This document shows positions 10,572-23,000 of a stretch of DNA of 37,549 bases, in pieces. Position numbers and translations under genes: made by a program. This DNA is from Bacteroidales bacterium (GTDB taxonomy: Bacteria > Bacteroidota > Bacteroidia > Bacteroidales > JAIORY01), in contig JAIORY010000231.1 in the NCBI GenBank assembly GCA_021107915.1, forward strand, positions 1 to 37,549, written 5' to 3'. Below the pieces are notes generated by a model. That model had not been told where the DNA came from, searched no databases, and saw only the letters and a program-made list of their open reading frames with translations. The number at the start of each line of letters is the position of its first letter. The first letter of the stretch is position 1.

Positions 10572-11444
10572 CTAATTAATTCTAATGTTTGTTTTTACGC
10601 TAAATTCCTCAGGAAATTTATAACTCATTTTTATATCATTTATCAATCTGTTAAAAAGTGCTTTCCCTGTTTCGTTATCAAGTTTTATCCAGCGTTCAAC
10701 TATATTTAATTTAATTACAAAGCTTAATATTTTTTCAATAGTAAAATAATTGAAGAACGTATGCTCGTCAAGGAATTGCCATTTTATATTGTCAAGAGCT
10801 TTTTCTTTTTCTGATATATCCATTTCGGATTCTGCGATCTGCAATATTTTTTCAATGTATGGAACTTCGTCTGCAAGTAAATCCGCTTTAGGACTACTCT
10901 TGATTAGAATTTCATACACTTCGTTTTTATCCTTAACGGGAATAAGTTGTTTTTCAATATCATAACCATATTTATGGCAATTTACAGCAGTTAAAATATT
11001 TTTTATATCCCTGTCGAACTTGAACCATTGCTCTAAAAAATCATTTTTCACTTGCAATGCGTACTCATAATATAAACTTTGCAATTCGTTTTCGCTACTC
11101 AAATTTGAATTTCCGGAAGCTTCAGTTTTAATATTGAAGATAAGTTGTTTCATATAATCAACAATATTTGTGGGTTCCTTAATTTGTTCCTCCAAATATT
11201 CTTCTGTATAATTCCCAAGAGTAATAAATTGGTTTTCTTGTTTTAAAAGCAGATTCAACAAATTATTATTATCATAATTCAGATAAAGTAATTCAGCCAA
11301 TTTATAATCAGATGAATGCAGTTGTTCCGCAAGTTCATTTTTAAACTCATGACTTGTTTCCCCGGGTTTGTTTCCGTCAATTATTATATCGGGAAGTCCT
11401 GCAACTAAACAGTAATAATTTCTTTTTAACATTGTTAAATCCAT
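10572..11444 (-). CDS. DUF2764 family protein (putative V-ATPase subunit C equivalent)
   Basis: NYYCLVAGLPD N-terminus, ERW..LD.E.G C-terminus, position between E and A; alternative start 11432. Confidence 0.85.
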   Translation of the reverse strand: MDLTMLKRNYYCLVAGLPDIIIDGNKPGETSHEFKNELAEQLHSSDYKLAELLYLNYDNNNLLNLLLKQENQFITLGNYTEEYLEEQIKEPTNIVDYMKQLIFNIKTEASGNSNLSSENELQSLYYEYALQVKNDFLEQWFKFDRDIKNILTAVNCHKYGYDIEKQLIPVKDKNEVYEILIKSSPKADLLADEVPYIEKILQIAESEMDISEKEKALDNIKWQFLDEHTFFNYFTIEKILSFVIKLNIVERWIKLDNETGKALFNRLINDIKMSYKFPEEFSVKTNIRIN

Positions 11445-11498
11445 AGATTATTTTGATAAAAAAATCAGCTATTCTACTACTTCTTAACAATTTTGCAA

Positions 11499-11516
11499 CC
11501 CCGATAGCTATCGGGG
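11499..11516. repeat. 18-bp perfect palindrome (REP-like)
   Basis: ccccgatagctatcgggg, related to tcccgaaagctttcggga at 2869-2886. Confidence 0.75.
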
Positions 11517-11618
11517 AAAGCTGTTTATACATACGCACAAACTCTTATGAGTTTGGAAGTAGTAATGCGGTACAAAACAAAACTATAAATTTTGCAATTT
11601 TGTTCCGTACAAGTATCA

Positions 11619-12230
11619 TTAATCAAAAATCATTTTTTTTGTTTTGTCTTTGAGATAATTTATAAAATAATTTTCAAAATCTTTATCAGTAAAACTTATA
11701 TAATAACTACCGTCTTTTGGTCCGATTTTAAAACCGCTTTTAATATTTGGTTCAAAGTTAATTTCAAGACCTGAATCCAAGAGTTCTTTTGCCTTATTAT
11801 TGAAAAAATCTGTAAGTTCTTTTTCTTCTTTTTGCGGAAGCAGCAAGCTGATATTAAATTCTTCCGGTTTTTGCGGGTTCCAGTTTTTAATAATTGTAAG
11901 GATAATATTTTTTACAAATCCCTCGTCTTTGAATGCATCCTTTACGGGAACTTCGACTTGTGCGGTTGTAATAAGTCCGGTAATTTGTTGTTTTAAGTTA
12001 CTGATAAATTGCCGGGCAGCCAAGCGTATTTCCGAATCTGCATTTTTTTTAAGCTCATCTGCTTGTTTTTGTGCTTGTTCAGCAATTTCTTTTTCTTTGT
12101 TTTTTGATGCATTAATAATATTATCAGCTTCTTTTTTTGCATTTGCAATAATCAGTTCGGCTTCCTTTTTTGCTTTTTCAACTCCTTCGTTGTATATTTT
12201 TTCTGTTAGTTCAAGAATTTTTTTTGTCAT
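11619..12230 (-). CDS. ntpE: V/A-type ATPase subunit E
   Basis: LTEKIYNEGVEKA N-terminus, A/K/E-rich coiled coil, GFKIGPKDGSYYISFT; first gene of the V cluster. Confidence 0.88.
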   Translation of the reverse strand: MTKKILELTEKIYNEGVEKAKKEAELIIANAKKEADNIINASKNKEKEIAEQAQKQADELKKNADSEIRLAARQFISNLKQQITGLITTAQVEVPVKDAFKDEGFVKNIILTIIKNWNPQKPEEFNISLLLPQKEEKELTDFFNNKAKELLDSGLEINFEPNIKSGFKIGPKDGSYYISFTDKDFENYFINYLKDKTKKMIFD

Positions 12231-12258
12231 GATAATTTCCTTTTTTAAAAAACGCTTG

Positions 12259-12266
12259 CAAAATTA
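12259..12266 (-). promoter_or_regulatory. Bacteroidetes -7 promoter motif upstream of the V-type cluster
   Basis: TAATTTTG (TAnnTTTG) on the minus strand, about 30 nt upstream of the start. Confidence 0.5.
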
Positions 12267-12315
12267 GTAAGTTTTTGCATTGTTTCTTTTATAATTGTTT
12301 CTTTTTTTTGATTTG

Positions 12316-13365
12316 TTAACCAACATTTATTACAGCCCAAACAATGTAAGCAACATAAAGCAGTATTAGAAACGCACCCATTTTTTTGCCTACAACCCAT
12401 TTGTTAATAATAAATAACCCAAACAAAACTGCCACGGAAGCCAAAAGAAACTGTACTGACATATTTAAATCATCAATATGCAGGCTGATATTCCCTCCGG
12501 TAATTAATATAATTAATAAAAAGGGCAACCCAAGTCCTATTAAAATATCAAATATATTCGATCCTATTACATTGCTGATAGCCATGCCGCCACGTCCTTG
12601 CTTAGAAACTACTACTGAAGAAATAAAATCAGGCACAGAAGTGCCGACTGCCAATACTGTAACTGCAATAACAGCCTCGGAAATATTTAAAATATGAGCT
12701 ATGCCTATAGCACTTTCTACAAGAACCCAACTTAATGCAGCTATAATTAAAATCGAAATAAAAAAGATAGCATAATATTTTTCAGGCTTTGGAAAAATTT
12801 TATCTAAAACAAAGTCGAACGGAGAAGTAATTTTTTTGACGAATTCCGATTTATCAATATTTTTTTTGACTTCTTGTTTTTCTTCATTCGGATCAACATA
12901 ATTGAACATTCTTCGCCAAAACACAACAACAATAATATATATAAGGTAAATACCAATAAATAACGCTGCATCTGTCCATTCTACTTTACCGTCTTTAAAT
13001 AAAAATATTAATAATAATATTGCAATTGCGTAAAAAACAAGGTCGCGGATAACTGCCTGCCAGGCAATCAGAGCTTTTCTTACAACTGCTATTGCACCTG
13101 TAATTGCCAAAATATTGAATAATGCTGAACCAACAATGTTGCCTATTCCAATAGCTTCATGGTTTCCTGGGCGCAAGACTGCAAAAAGGGCAATAAATAA
13201 TTCAGGTGCGCTGGAGCCAGCTGCCATTAAAGTTGCCCCAGCTGCATCAGATGACATTTTTAGTTTCGCTGCAATTTTATCCAGCGAGTCCACAAAATAT
13301 CTTTCAATAACTTTTGCTAAAAGATAAAACGACAGAAGCAAAACAATGATCAACAATATAAGCAT
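12316..13365 (-). CDS. Calcium/sodium antiporter (CaCA, YrbG-like)
   Basis: Alpha repeats GATLMAAGSSAPE and LAVGTSVPD; GNIVGS / NVIGSN; about 10 TM helices. Confidence 0.93.
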   Translation of the reverse strand: MLILLIIVLLLSFYLLAKVIERYFVDSLDKIAAKLKMSSDAAGATLMAAGSSAPELFIALFAVLRPGNHEAIGIGNIVGSALFNILAITGAIAVVRKALIAWQAVIRDLVFYAIAILLLIFLFKDGKVEWTDAALFIGIYLIYIIVVVFWRRMFNYVDPNEEKQEVKKNIDKSEFVKKITSPFDFVLDKIFPKPEKYYAIFFISILIIAALSWVLVESAIGIAHILNISEAVIAVTVLAVGTSVPDFISSVVVSKQGRGGMAISNVIGSNIFDILIGLGLPFLLIILITGGNISLHIDDLNMSVQFLLASVAVLFGLFIINKWVVGKKMGAFLILLYVAYIVWAVINVG

Positions 13366-13371
13366 AATTAT

Positions 13372-13452
13372 AATTTAAGATTTAAGAATTCAGATTTAAA
13401 ATTTAAAATCATAAATCTAAAATTTTAACTTTCAGACTTTATAGACCGACTC
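13372..13452. mobile_element. Partial inverted copy of the 3271-3383 MITE-like element
   Basis: 13372-13426 is the reverse complement of 3301-3355 (54/55); end gactttatagaccgactc matches the TIR. Confidence 0.75.
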
Positions 13453-13455
13453 TAA

Positions 13456-14601
13456 TCAATGATGTTCTTCTGTTGCCATTCCGATATAAAGTGCTGATAA
13501 TAATGTAAAAACATAAGCCTGAATAAGAGCAACAAGCAATTCGAGAAAACCCATGAAAATAGCAAAAGCCACAGATAATACCGAAACACCATATCCTAAT
13601 ACCGGATTTATATTTCCGAAAATAAAAATCAGGCTAATAAAACCCAAAACAATTATATGTCCGGCTGTAATATTAGCAAAAAGTCGCACCATTAATACAA
13701 AAGGTTTTGTAACTAATCCCATAATTTCAACGATAGGCATTAATGGAATAGGGATTTTTAACCACCATGGAACCCCCGGAGTATTAACAATATGTTTCCA
13801 GTAATTTCTGTTTCCGCTAACTGCTGTAATAATAAAAGTAAAAACAGCTAAAACCCCCGTTACGGCTATATTACCTGTAATATTTGCTCCTCCGGGAAAA
13901 AATGGAACTAATCCAAGTAAGTTATTTAGAAAGATGAAAAAAAACAGGGTGAGTAAATACGGCATAAATTTTTCGTATTTTTTTTCACCGATTGCCGGTT
14001 TTACAACATCATCCCTGATAAAAAGAATTATTGGTTCAAGTAATGATTGCAGTCCTTTTGGTGCTTTACCTTTTCTTTTGGTATATGTTCGGGCAATCGA
14101 AATAAACATCCAGCAAATGAGTACCATGCTGATTAATATCGCAAAAACATTTTTAGTGATTGATAGATCCAAAGGCAGGTTAGGATCAATAACTCCGGCT
14201 TCGTCAATACGAACAATTTTACCTTTATATTCTCCATCAGACATTAATTTGTATCCTTTGTATGAATCGTGTCCGTGATGAAATTTACTTGACCAAAAAG
14301 TTACTATCGTTCCATTATCAATTAAAATAATAGGTAAAGGTATTGAAACATGAGTATGTCCATAAGTTAAAATATGCCATTCATGCGAATCAACTATGTG
14401 ACTAATGATTTCTTTCCCAGCTTTAAATTCTGATTTTTCTACTTCTTCTTCCCAGCTTTCAGCATGTTCTTTGTTTTCGTTTACCGGAGAATTATTTGTA
14501 TGTTGTGCATTGATAAATTGGATCTGAAAAACACACAAAAGAAAAGCTAAAAATAAAATCCTGAAAACATTTATTTTATTATGTTTGATCGTACTTTTCA
14601 T
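13456..14601 (-). CDS. atpB: F-type ATP synthase subunit a
   Basis: RLFANITAGH essential Arg; LELLVALIQAYVFTLL; long Bacteroidetes-type N-terminus. Confidence 0.97.
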   Translation of the reverse strand: MKSTIKHNKINVFRILFLAFLLCVFQIQFINAQHTNNSPVNENKEHAESWEEEVEKSEFKAGKEIISHIVDSHEWHILTYGHTHVSIPLPIILIDNGTIVTFWSSKFHHGHDSYKGYKLMSDGEYKGKIVRIDEAGVIDPNLPLDLSITKNVFAILISMVLICWMFISIARTYTKRKGKAPKGLQSLLEPIILFIRDDVVKPAIGEKKYEKFMPYLLTLFFFIFLNNLLGLVPFFPGGANITGNIAVTGVLAVFTFIITAVSGNRNYWKHIVNTPGVPWWLKIPIPLMPIVEIMGLVTKPFVLMVRLFANITAGHIIVLGFISLIFIFGNINPVLGYGVSVLSVAFAIFMGFLELLVALIQAYVFTLLSALYIGMATEEHH

Positions 14602-14801
14602 TTACTTTAGAATATAATTTTTCAAAATGCAATTTTACAAAAAATTAATGAAATCAATTTCTTAATTCTGAAAAAATCAAAAAAAGAAATTGCAATTGAC
14701 AAAAAAAAATCTTATTTTCACAAAAAATATGTAACAACACTATTTTGACCAGCGTAAAACTATTTAATATCATAATTTTCAAAAAAGAAAGGGAGCATTT
14801 T

Positions 14802-15311
14802 ATGAAAAAATTTATTTTATTATTATTTACAGTATTCTTTATCGGACTTACCGGATGTAATGAGTGTGAAAAAAAAGAACCTGCAATTAATCTTGAAGAG
14901 GAAAAACTCCAAATTGAAAATATTCTCGATCAGTATGTTATTGCCAATGAAAATAAGGATTTAAGTATTATTGAAAAAATATGGGCAAATGAAGATGATA
15001 TTGTTTTAATTGGAACCGATAGCGATGAAAAGTTAATAGGTTGGAAGCAAATTAAAAATGCAATCCAGCATCAGTTCAAATCATTTGAAGATGTTTATAT
15101 TTCGGTTTCCGAGCAAATGATATTTGTAAATGAGACAGGAAATACAGCATGGTTTTCCGAAATACTCAGTTATAATTTTATTTATAATGGAGAGGCTATG
15201 AGTTTTGAAGGAATAAGATTTACCGGAGTTCTTGAAAAATCTACTGATTGGGAAATTGTTCAGGGACATTTATCAATTCCTGCAGAAGTTGATATTGAAA
15301 CTAATAAATAA
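14802..15311 (+). CDS. NTF2/SnoaL-like lipoprotein
   Basis: Signal peptide with LTGC lipobox; GTD..E...GW, TAWFS, RFTGVLEK..W.IVQGHLS pattern. Confidence 0.78.
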   Translation: MKKFILLLFTVFFIGLTGCNECEKKEPAINLEEEKLQIENILDQYVIANENKDLSIIEKIWANEDDIVLIGTDSDEKLIGWKQIKNAIQHQFKSFEDVYISVSEQMIFVNETGNTAWFSEILSYNFIYNGEAMSFEGIRFTGVLEKSTDWEIVQGHLSIPAEVDIETNK

Positions 15312-15347
15312 ATAAACAACCAAATTATTAACCAAAACCAAATTATC

Positions 15348-15378
15348 AGACCGGACGATTTTTTCGTTCGGTCTTTTT
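15348..15378 (+). terminator. Intrinsic terminator
   Basis: agaccggacga/tcgttcggtct stem followed by a T run, just after the stop at 15311. Confidence 0.7.
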
Positions 15379-15463
15379 AATGATCAAATGTTATTATTCA
15401 ATTTTGTTGGAGGATTTTTCTATAAAAAAATTAAAACTTAAATTTGCAAAAAAAATTAAAAAA

Positions 15464-16297
15464 ATGAAAGCAATATTTTATTTTATTATAGCAATTCTCG
15501 TATTAGTTTCATGTTCGTCGGGTGAAGATAAAAAAGAAAAATCGGGCAAGGAAATGATTTTAAATAAACAAATATCTCCTGAATCGAAATCAGTTAATAA
15601 TCAAGAGAAAACAATTGTGCCGGATTCCATTTCCGGATTCCAAAAAGAAGATTCTTTAGTAAAAAAAGAGCCACAAACCTCTGAACCAAAACTTACGTCA
15701 AGTAATAAAATGAAGATGATACCTACTAAGGAAAGATTAAATACTGATAAACTTGTCATGAAATATATCAGAAAAGGATTGTTTTATTACCAAAATAAGA
15801 ATTTTGAACAGGGTATTGAAGAATTTGAAATGGTTATAAAATTAAAACCCGGTGATGCAAAGGCATTTTATCATATAGGTATGGGAAAATATAGACTAAA
15901 CGATTATTATGGTGCTTTGGAAGCTTTTTCTGCATCTTCAGGCTTAAATCCTCAGGACACAGTTTCATTGATATATGCGGGTCTTTCGAAGTTTTATCTT
16001 GAAGATTATTATGGAGCAATCAGATATTATGATAAAGCAATTGATCAAAACCCGGATTATGAATATGCATATTTTAATCGTGGGATTGCTAATGGGAAAG
16101 TTGAAAATTATGAAAGAGCAATTACTGATTTTAACAGAGCAATAGAATTGAAATCGAATTATTTTGAAGCGTATAATAATCGCGGAAATGCATATTATTA
16201 TTTAAAGCAAAAAGAACATGCCTGTGCCGACTGGGAAAAAGCAAAAGAATTAGGTGCTAAGGGTATTGATGAAATTTTAGAAAAACTTTGTAAATAA
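15464..16297 (+). CDS. Tetratricopeptide-repeat lipoprotein
   Basis: LVSC lipobox; repeated AY.NRG...A..D...AI.L units; ACADWEKA.ELG end. Confidence 0.85.
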   Translation: MKAIFYFIIAILVLVSCSSGEDKKEKSGKEMILNKQISPESKSVNNQEKTIVPDSISGFQKEDSLVKKEPQTSEPKLTSSNKMKMIPTKERLNTDKLVMKYIRKGLFYYQNKNFEQGIEEFEMVIKLKPGDAKAFYHIGMGKYRLNDYYGALEAFSASSGLNPQDTVSLIYAGLSKFYLEDYYGAIRYYDKAIDQNPDYEYAYFNRGIANGKVENYERAITDFNRAIELKSNYFEAYNNRGNAYYYLKQKEHACADWEKAKELGAKGIDEILEKLCK

Positions 16298-16333
16298 ATT
16301 ACAAAGTTTATCGAAAAACCTTAATATACTTGT

Positions 16334-16660
16334 TTAAGACAAAGTCCCTGAAATTGTAGCTAAAGCATAATCGCCTGATTTTGATGTCTCATTAATAATT
16401 TCCCCGTCGTAGAAAACAGAAAGTTCTATAATAGCATTTCTGTTATTGGCCTGAGCAGAGGCATAATAATAATCGCCGGGTTTTCCAACAAATGACTTTG
16501 TCCACCCGTTTTTTACTTCCGGTTTTTGGATTGTTTGTTTTTTAAAATCCTTAAATGTGATGTTGTAGCTATTAGCAGTTCCACCTAATACATATTTGAC
16601 AGTTCCAGGAAGATCCTTTTTCTTAAAAATTGAAGCGAGAAAACTAAATATATTTGCCAT
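16334..16660 (-). CDS. Hypothetical protein (beta-rich, MmpS-like pattern)
   Basis: 108-aa ORF; VKY..G....NIT, W..SF, SAQ, DG pattern; fold is inferred. Confidence 0.6.
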   Translation of the reverse strand: MANIFSFLASIFKKKDLPGTVKYVLGGTANSYNITFKDFKKQTIQKPEVKNGWTKSFVGKPGDYYYASAQANNRNAIIELSVFYDGEIINETSKSGDYALATISGTLS

Positions 16661-16932
16661 AATAATTTTTTTTCAAATATAAATAATTAATAATTAAAAA
16701 GCAAATAATCAGTATAAAAATAATAATGAAAATATAGGAAAGAATGAAAATAAGGGGAATAATAGAAATATGGAAAAAGAATGGAAATATATAAAACTTA
16801 TACCTTTATACCCCTATTTCCCTATAACTACAGGGTGTCCGTCCAAACGAATTCCTTTCAGTCATATGAATACCATTTTAAAAATTTATTGAGGTTTTTG
16901 ATCTATTAGAAAATTATATTTTTTTTATAAAT

Positions 16933-17169
16933 TTACTCTGCTAAAACAAGAACTTTATTATTTAATACTTCAACTACACCTCCACTGACTTCAAAGAATT
17001 GTGTTTTTTTATTTTTGTCAGAAACTTTTATTTTGCCTTTTTTCAAAACTGAGATCAAGGGAGCGTGATTATTCAAAATTTCAAAAAGCCCGTCAACTCC
17101 GGGTAATTGAACTAAATTTACCTCTCCTTCAAAAATTGTTTTGTCCGGTGTAATAATTTCGATTCGCAT
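16933..17169 (-). CDS. atpC: F-type ATP synthase subunit epsilon (short form)
   Basis: EIITPD, LPG..G.FEILNNHAPLIS, SGGVVEV; follows atpD. Confidence 0.97.
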   Translation of the reverse strand: MRIEIITPDKTIFEGEVNLVQLPGVDGLFEILNNHAPLISVLKKGKIKVSDKNKKTQFFEVSGGVVEVLNNKVLVLAE

Positions 17170-17219
17170 TTTTATAAAAAAATTAGGTTTTGTGTGAAAT
17201 ATAGTGGGTAATCAAATTT

Positions 17220-17281
17220 GCCACAGATTCACAGATTATAAAATTAATTTTTTTGTAATTAATAATCTGTGAATCTGTGGC
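17220..17281. repeat. 20-bp perfect inverted repeat with 9-nt internal period
   Basis: gccacagattcacagattat (17220-17239) / ataatctgtgaatctgtggc (17262-17281). Confidence 0.9.
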
Positions 17282-17316
17282 TTTTTATTTTTTTCCCACA
17301 TCAAATCAAAAATAAT

Positions 17317-18885
<1,569 letters not shown>

Positions 18886-18982
18886 TTAAAATTTAAAATT
18901 TATAGAATTATTTGCGAAGTGTAGCTCTTTCTTGCGAAGCAGGAGAAATGTCTGAAAGGCAGAGGAGTAAATGAATAATCCT

Positions 18983-19579
18983 TTATTTTTTAAAAAAACT
19001 TCTTTGAAAAAAGATCAAAATAAAAACGCCGATAGTGATTGCAGAATCTGCAATATTAAAAACAGGGCGGAAGAAAATAAATCTTTCGGAACCCCAGAAC
19101 GGAAGCCAGTCAGGGAATGTTCCTTTTAATACAGGGAAATAGAACATATCAACAACTCTTCCGTGAAGAAAAGTTCCGTACCCTCCATCTTCGGGTATAA
19201 ATGATGCTACCTGATGGAAATTACTTTCGCTGAATAATAATCCGTAAAAAGCACTATCAATAATATTTCCCAAAGCTCCTGCAAAAATCAGGGATAGACT
19301 GATGATAAGCCCTGTACTATGCTTTTTCTGAGAAATTTTATAAATATAAATCCCGATTGCAATTACGGCGAGTATCCTGAAAATACTTAGAAAAAGTTTA
19401 CCGAATTCTCCGGCAAACTGAAACCCAAATGCCATTCCGTAATTTTCGGTGAAATGCAGAATAAACCAATCACCCATAACATGAGTTTCCTGTCCAAGAA
19501 ACATAGTAGTTTTTATCCAAAACTTTAATGTCTGGTCGAGGATTAAAACCAGAAGTATTATAATGGCAGATTTCTTCAA
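18983..19579 (-). CDS. lspA: Lipoprotein signal peptidase
   Basis: NYGMAFG, GALGNIID, VVDM, FNIAD catalytic motifs. Confidence 0.96.
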   Translation of the reverse strand: MKKSAIIILLVLILDQTLKFWIKTTMFLGQETHVMGDWFILHFTENYGMAFGFQFAGEFGKLFLSIFRILAVIAIGIYIYKISQKKHSTGLIISLSLIFAGALGNIIDSAFYGLLFSESNFHQVASFIPEDGGYGTFLHGRVVDMFYFPVLKGTFPDWLPFWGSERFIFFRPVFNIADSAITIGVFILIFFQRSFFKK

Positions 19580-19613
19580 AATTTATTACGATAAAAATTA
19601 ATGAAAAACGAAA

Positions 19614-20012
19614 TTAATCGTATTGTTTGTTTTTTGCAGCAATGCTCAAAGTAGCATGAGGTACACTTCTTAATCTTTCTTTTGAAATAAGATTTCCGGT
19701 AGCTCTGCAAACTCCATACGAACCGTTTTCGATTCTAATAAGAGCATTTTCGAGGTTTGTAATAAATTTTTGCTGACGGGCAGCTAATTTACTGTTTTCC
19801 TCTTTCGAGAGAACCTGATATCCTTCTTCCAAAACTTTAAAAGTTGGAGAGGTGTCATTGGTTCCATGCTCATTATTGTTGGTATAAGCATCTGTTAACA
19901 TTTTAAGATCGCGGCGTGCTTTTTCAAGTTTATTCAGGATGAGATCCTTAAATTCCTGTAACTCTTCAATAGAGTATTTTGTTTTTTTTATTCCCGTTTT
20001 AGTGTCTTTCAT
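19614..20012 (-). CDS. dksA: DksA/TraR family regulator
   Basis: ALIRIENGSYGVC..TG..I..ERL..VPHATL; between ileS and lspA. Confidence 0.88.
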   Translation of the reverse strand: MKDTKTGIKKTKYSIEELQEFKDLILNKLEKARRDLKMLTDAYTNNNEHGTNDTSPTFKVLEEGYQVLSKEENSKLAARQQKFITNLENALIRIENGSYGVCRATGNLISKERLRSVPHATLSIAAKNKQYD

Positions 20013-20052
20013 AACTCATTCTTTTAGTAAGAAACGAAATATTTGAGTAATA

Positions 20053-23000
20053 TTATTTATCTGTTTTATTAATATTTATTGTTATTTGAATATCACTATT
20101 CAATTCTATTTTTACAGCTTCGTTAGTTTTTATTTTGTCAAGAAACTCTAAATTATCCGTTAAAGTTTCCGAACAAATGTAAGAAATATTATTGTTAATT
20201 GCATCAAAAACAGAATTATTTTTTTCTATCTGTAAAGCAATCTTATCCGTAACTTCAAAACCTTTGTCTTTTCTCAGATTTTGAATCCGGTTTACTATCT
20301 CTCTTGCAATTCCTTCTTCTTCAAGTTCCTTTGTAATTGTGATATCAAGAGCAACTGTCAGATTATCCAAATTGGTAACAACCCAACCCGGAATGTCTTC
20401 GGTCATAATCTCAACATCATCAATCGTTATTTCTATTTTTTCGTTTTCGAGAGATAACTCATATTTATTGTTTGTTTCGATTAAGCTGATATCTTCCTGA
20501 TTAAATGTGTTGATTGCCTGAGAAATTTGTTTCATCAGCTTGCCGTATTTCGGACCTAATGTTTTAAAATTCGGCTTGATCTTTTTAACTAATATTCCTG
20601 ATGCATCAGAAATATATTCAATTTCTTTTACGTTGACTTCCGACAAAATAAGATTTTCGACTGCCTGTACTTGTTTTTTGAAATTCTCGTCAAGAACAGG
20701 AATCATAATTTTATTAAGCGGTTGACGAACTCTGTTTTTTGTTTTCTTCCGTAAAGATAAAACCATTGAAGAAATTTTTTGCGAAAGCTGCATTCTTTCC
20801 TCCAAGTCTTTATCTATTTGCTTATAAAAGGCTTTTGGGAAATCCGTAAGATGAATAGATTTCACATTATGTTTTTTTGTTACTTTGTTGAGATCAATAA
20901 ATAAATTATCAGTAAAAAAAGGTGCAATAGGTGAAGATAATTGTGCAATTACTTCAAGACATTTATAAAGTGTTTGGTATGCAGATATTTTATCATCAGA
21001 ATAATCGCCTTTCCAAAACCTTCTTCGTGATAAACGAACATACCAGTTACTTAAATAGCTGTCAACAAAATTCTGAATAGCTCTACCTGCTTTTGAAGGT
21101 TCATAATCATCGTAATAATCATCAACATTTTTGACGAGAGTATTTAGTTCTGATAAAATCCAGCGATCAAGCTCCGGTCGTTTTTCAAACGGAATATCAT
21201 CTTCCGAGTAATCGAAACCGTCGATATTGGCATAAAGAGTAAAAAATGCGTAAATATTATAAAGTGTTCCGAAAAACTTCCTTTGAACCTCACCGATTCC
21301 GGCAGGATCAAATTTTAGATTATCCCATGGTTGTGCGTTTGTCATCATGTACCACCTGAGAGCATCCGGCCCGTATTGATTGATAATCTTAAACGGATCG
21401 GCAGCATTGCCAAGGCGTTTCGACATTTTGTTTCCATCTTTGTCGAGAACCAAACCGTTAGAAACGCATGTTTTGTACGATACCGAGTCGAAAAGCATAA
21501 CAGCAATTGCGTGCATTGTAAAAAACCATCCTCTTGTTTGATCAACACCCTCGGCGATAAGATCGGCAGGGAAATTATTTTCAAACTCTTTTTTATTTTC
21601 AAAAGGATAGTGCATTTGTGCATAAGGCATTGCTCCCGAATCAAACCAAACATCAATAAGATCCAGTTCGCGGAACATTTTTTCCCCTGAAGGAGAAACA
21701 AGAATTATCTCGTCGATGTACGGACGATGAAGGTCAAAAGTCTCATAATTTTCTTTTGAGTTATTTCCCGGAACAAAATTTTCGAGAGGATTTGTTTTCA
21801 TAAATCCTTTTTCAACAGACTTTTCGATTTCTTTTTTCAGGTCAGTAACCGAACCGAGACAAATTTGTTCTTTACGATTTTTGGTAAGCCAAATTGGAAG
21901 ACCAACACCCCAAAAACGTGATCTTGATAAATTCCAGTCAACAAGATTTTCTAACCAATTTCCAAAACGACCGATACCGGTTGAGGTTGGTTTCCAGTTG
22001 ATTGTTTTGTTCAATTCAATCATCCTGTCTTTAAAAGCGATAGTTTTTATAAACCACGAATCCAGAGGATAATAAAGAATTGGTTTATCGGTACGCCAGC
22101 AATGCGGATATGAGTGAATATATTTTTCGGTTTTAAAAGCTTTATTTTCTTGTTTTAATTTTACGATTATGTCGATATCCAGAGTTTCTTTTTTCTTGGG
22201 ATCATTATTTGGGTCGAATTCATTTTTTACATATCTGCCTGCAAATTCACCCATTTCTTCGGTGCATTTTCCTTGTTTGTTTACAAGAGTCAACGAACCA
22301 ATTCCGTTTTGTTTTGCCACTCTCTGGTCGTCGGCACCAAAACTTGGAGCAAGATGAACAATTCCTGTACCTTCCTCGGTTGTAACAAAATCGCCAATCA
22401 AAACTTTAAAAGCATCACCATCTTTGGGTTGTGCATAAGGTAATAATTGCTCGTAACGGATTCCTTCCAAATCTTTTCCAACGTACTCTCCGGCAACTTC
22501 AAAAGGAATATTTTTTTGTCCTGCTTCAAAGTCATCCATTTTCAATTCAGCATTTTTTTCAGGAAAATATTTTCCGAGAAGTTCTTTGCCAAGAATTACT
22601 GAAATTGGTTTTGAAGTATATGGATTAAATGTTTTTACTTTTATGTAATTGATTTTTTTACCAACACCCAAAGCTGTGTTCGAAGCAAGAGTCCATGGAG
22701 TTGTTGTCCATGCGAGAAAGCTTACATTTTCATTATCATCATCAAATAAAAAATCAGATTTTTCATTTTTAACAACTTTGAATTGAGCTACAAGTGTGCT
22801 GTCTTTTACATCGCGATAGCAACCCGGAAGATTAAGCTCGTGAGAACTTAATCCTGTTCCTGCGGCAGGCGAATATGGCTGAATTGTGTGACCTTTGTAA
22901 AGCAAACCTTTATCGTTAAGTTTGTTTAAAAGATACCAAACAGATTCAATATATTTATTATCGAAAGTGATATAAGGATTATCGAGATCGACCCAGTAAC

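Noticed and set aside
11453-11618. Riboswitch or ncRNA in the structured E-DUF2764 spacer
   Set aside because: Hairpins are present, but no recognisable RNA family consensus; better explained by palindromic repeats. An Rfam search would decide
16933-17169. Short epsilon subunit as a truncation
   Set aside because: Epsilon lacking the C-terminal helices is normal in Bacteroidetes
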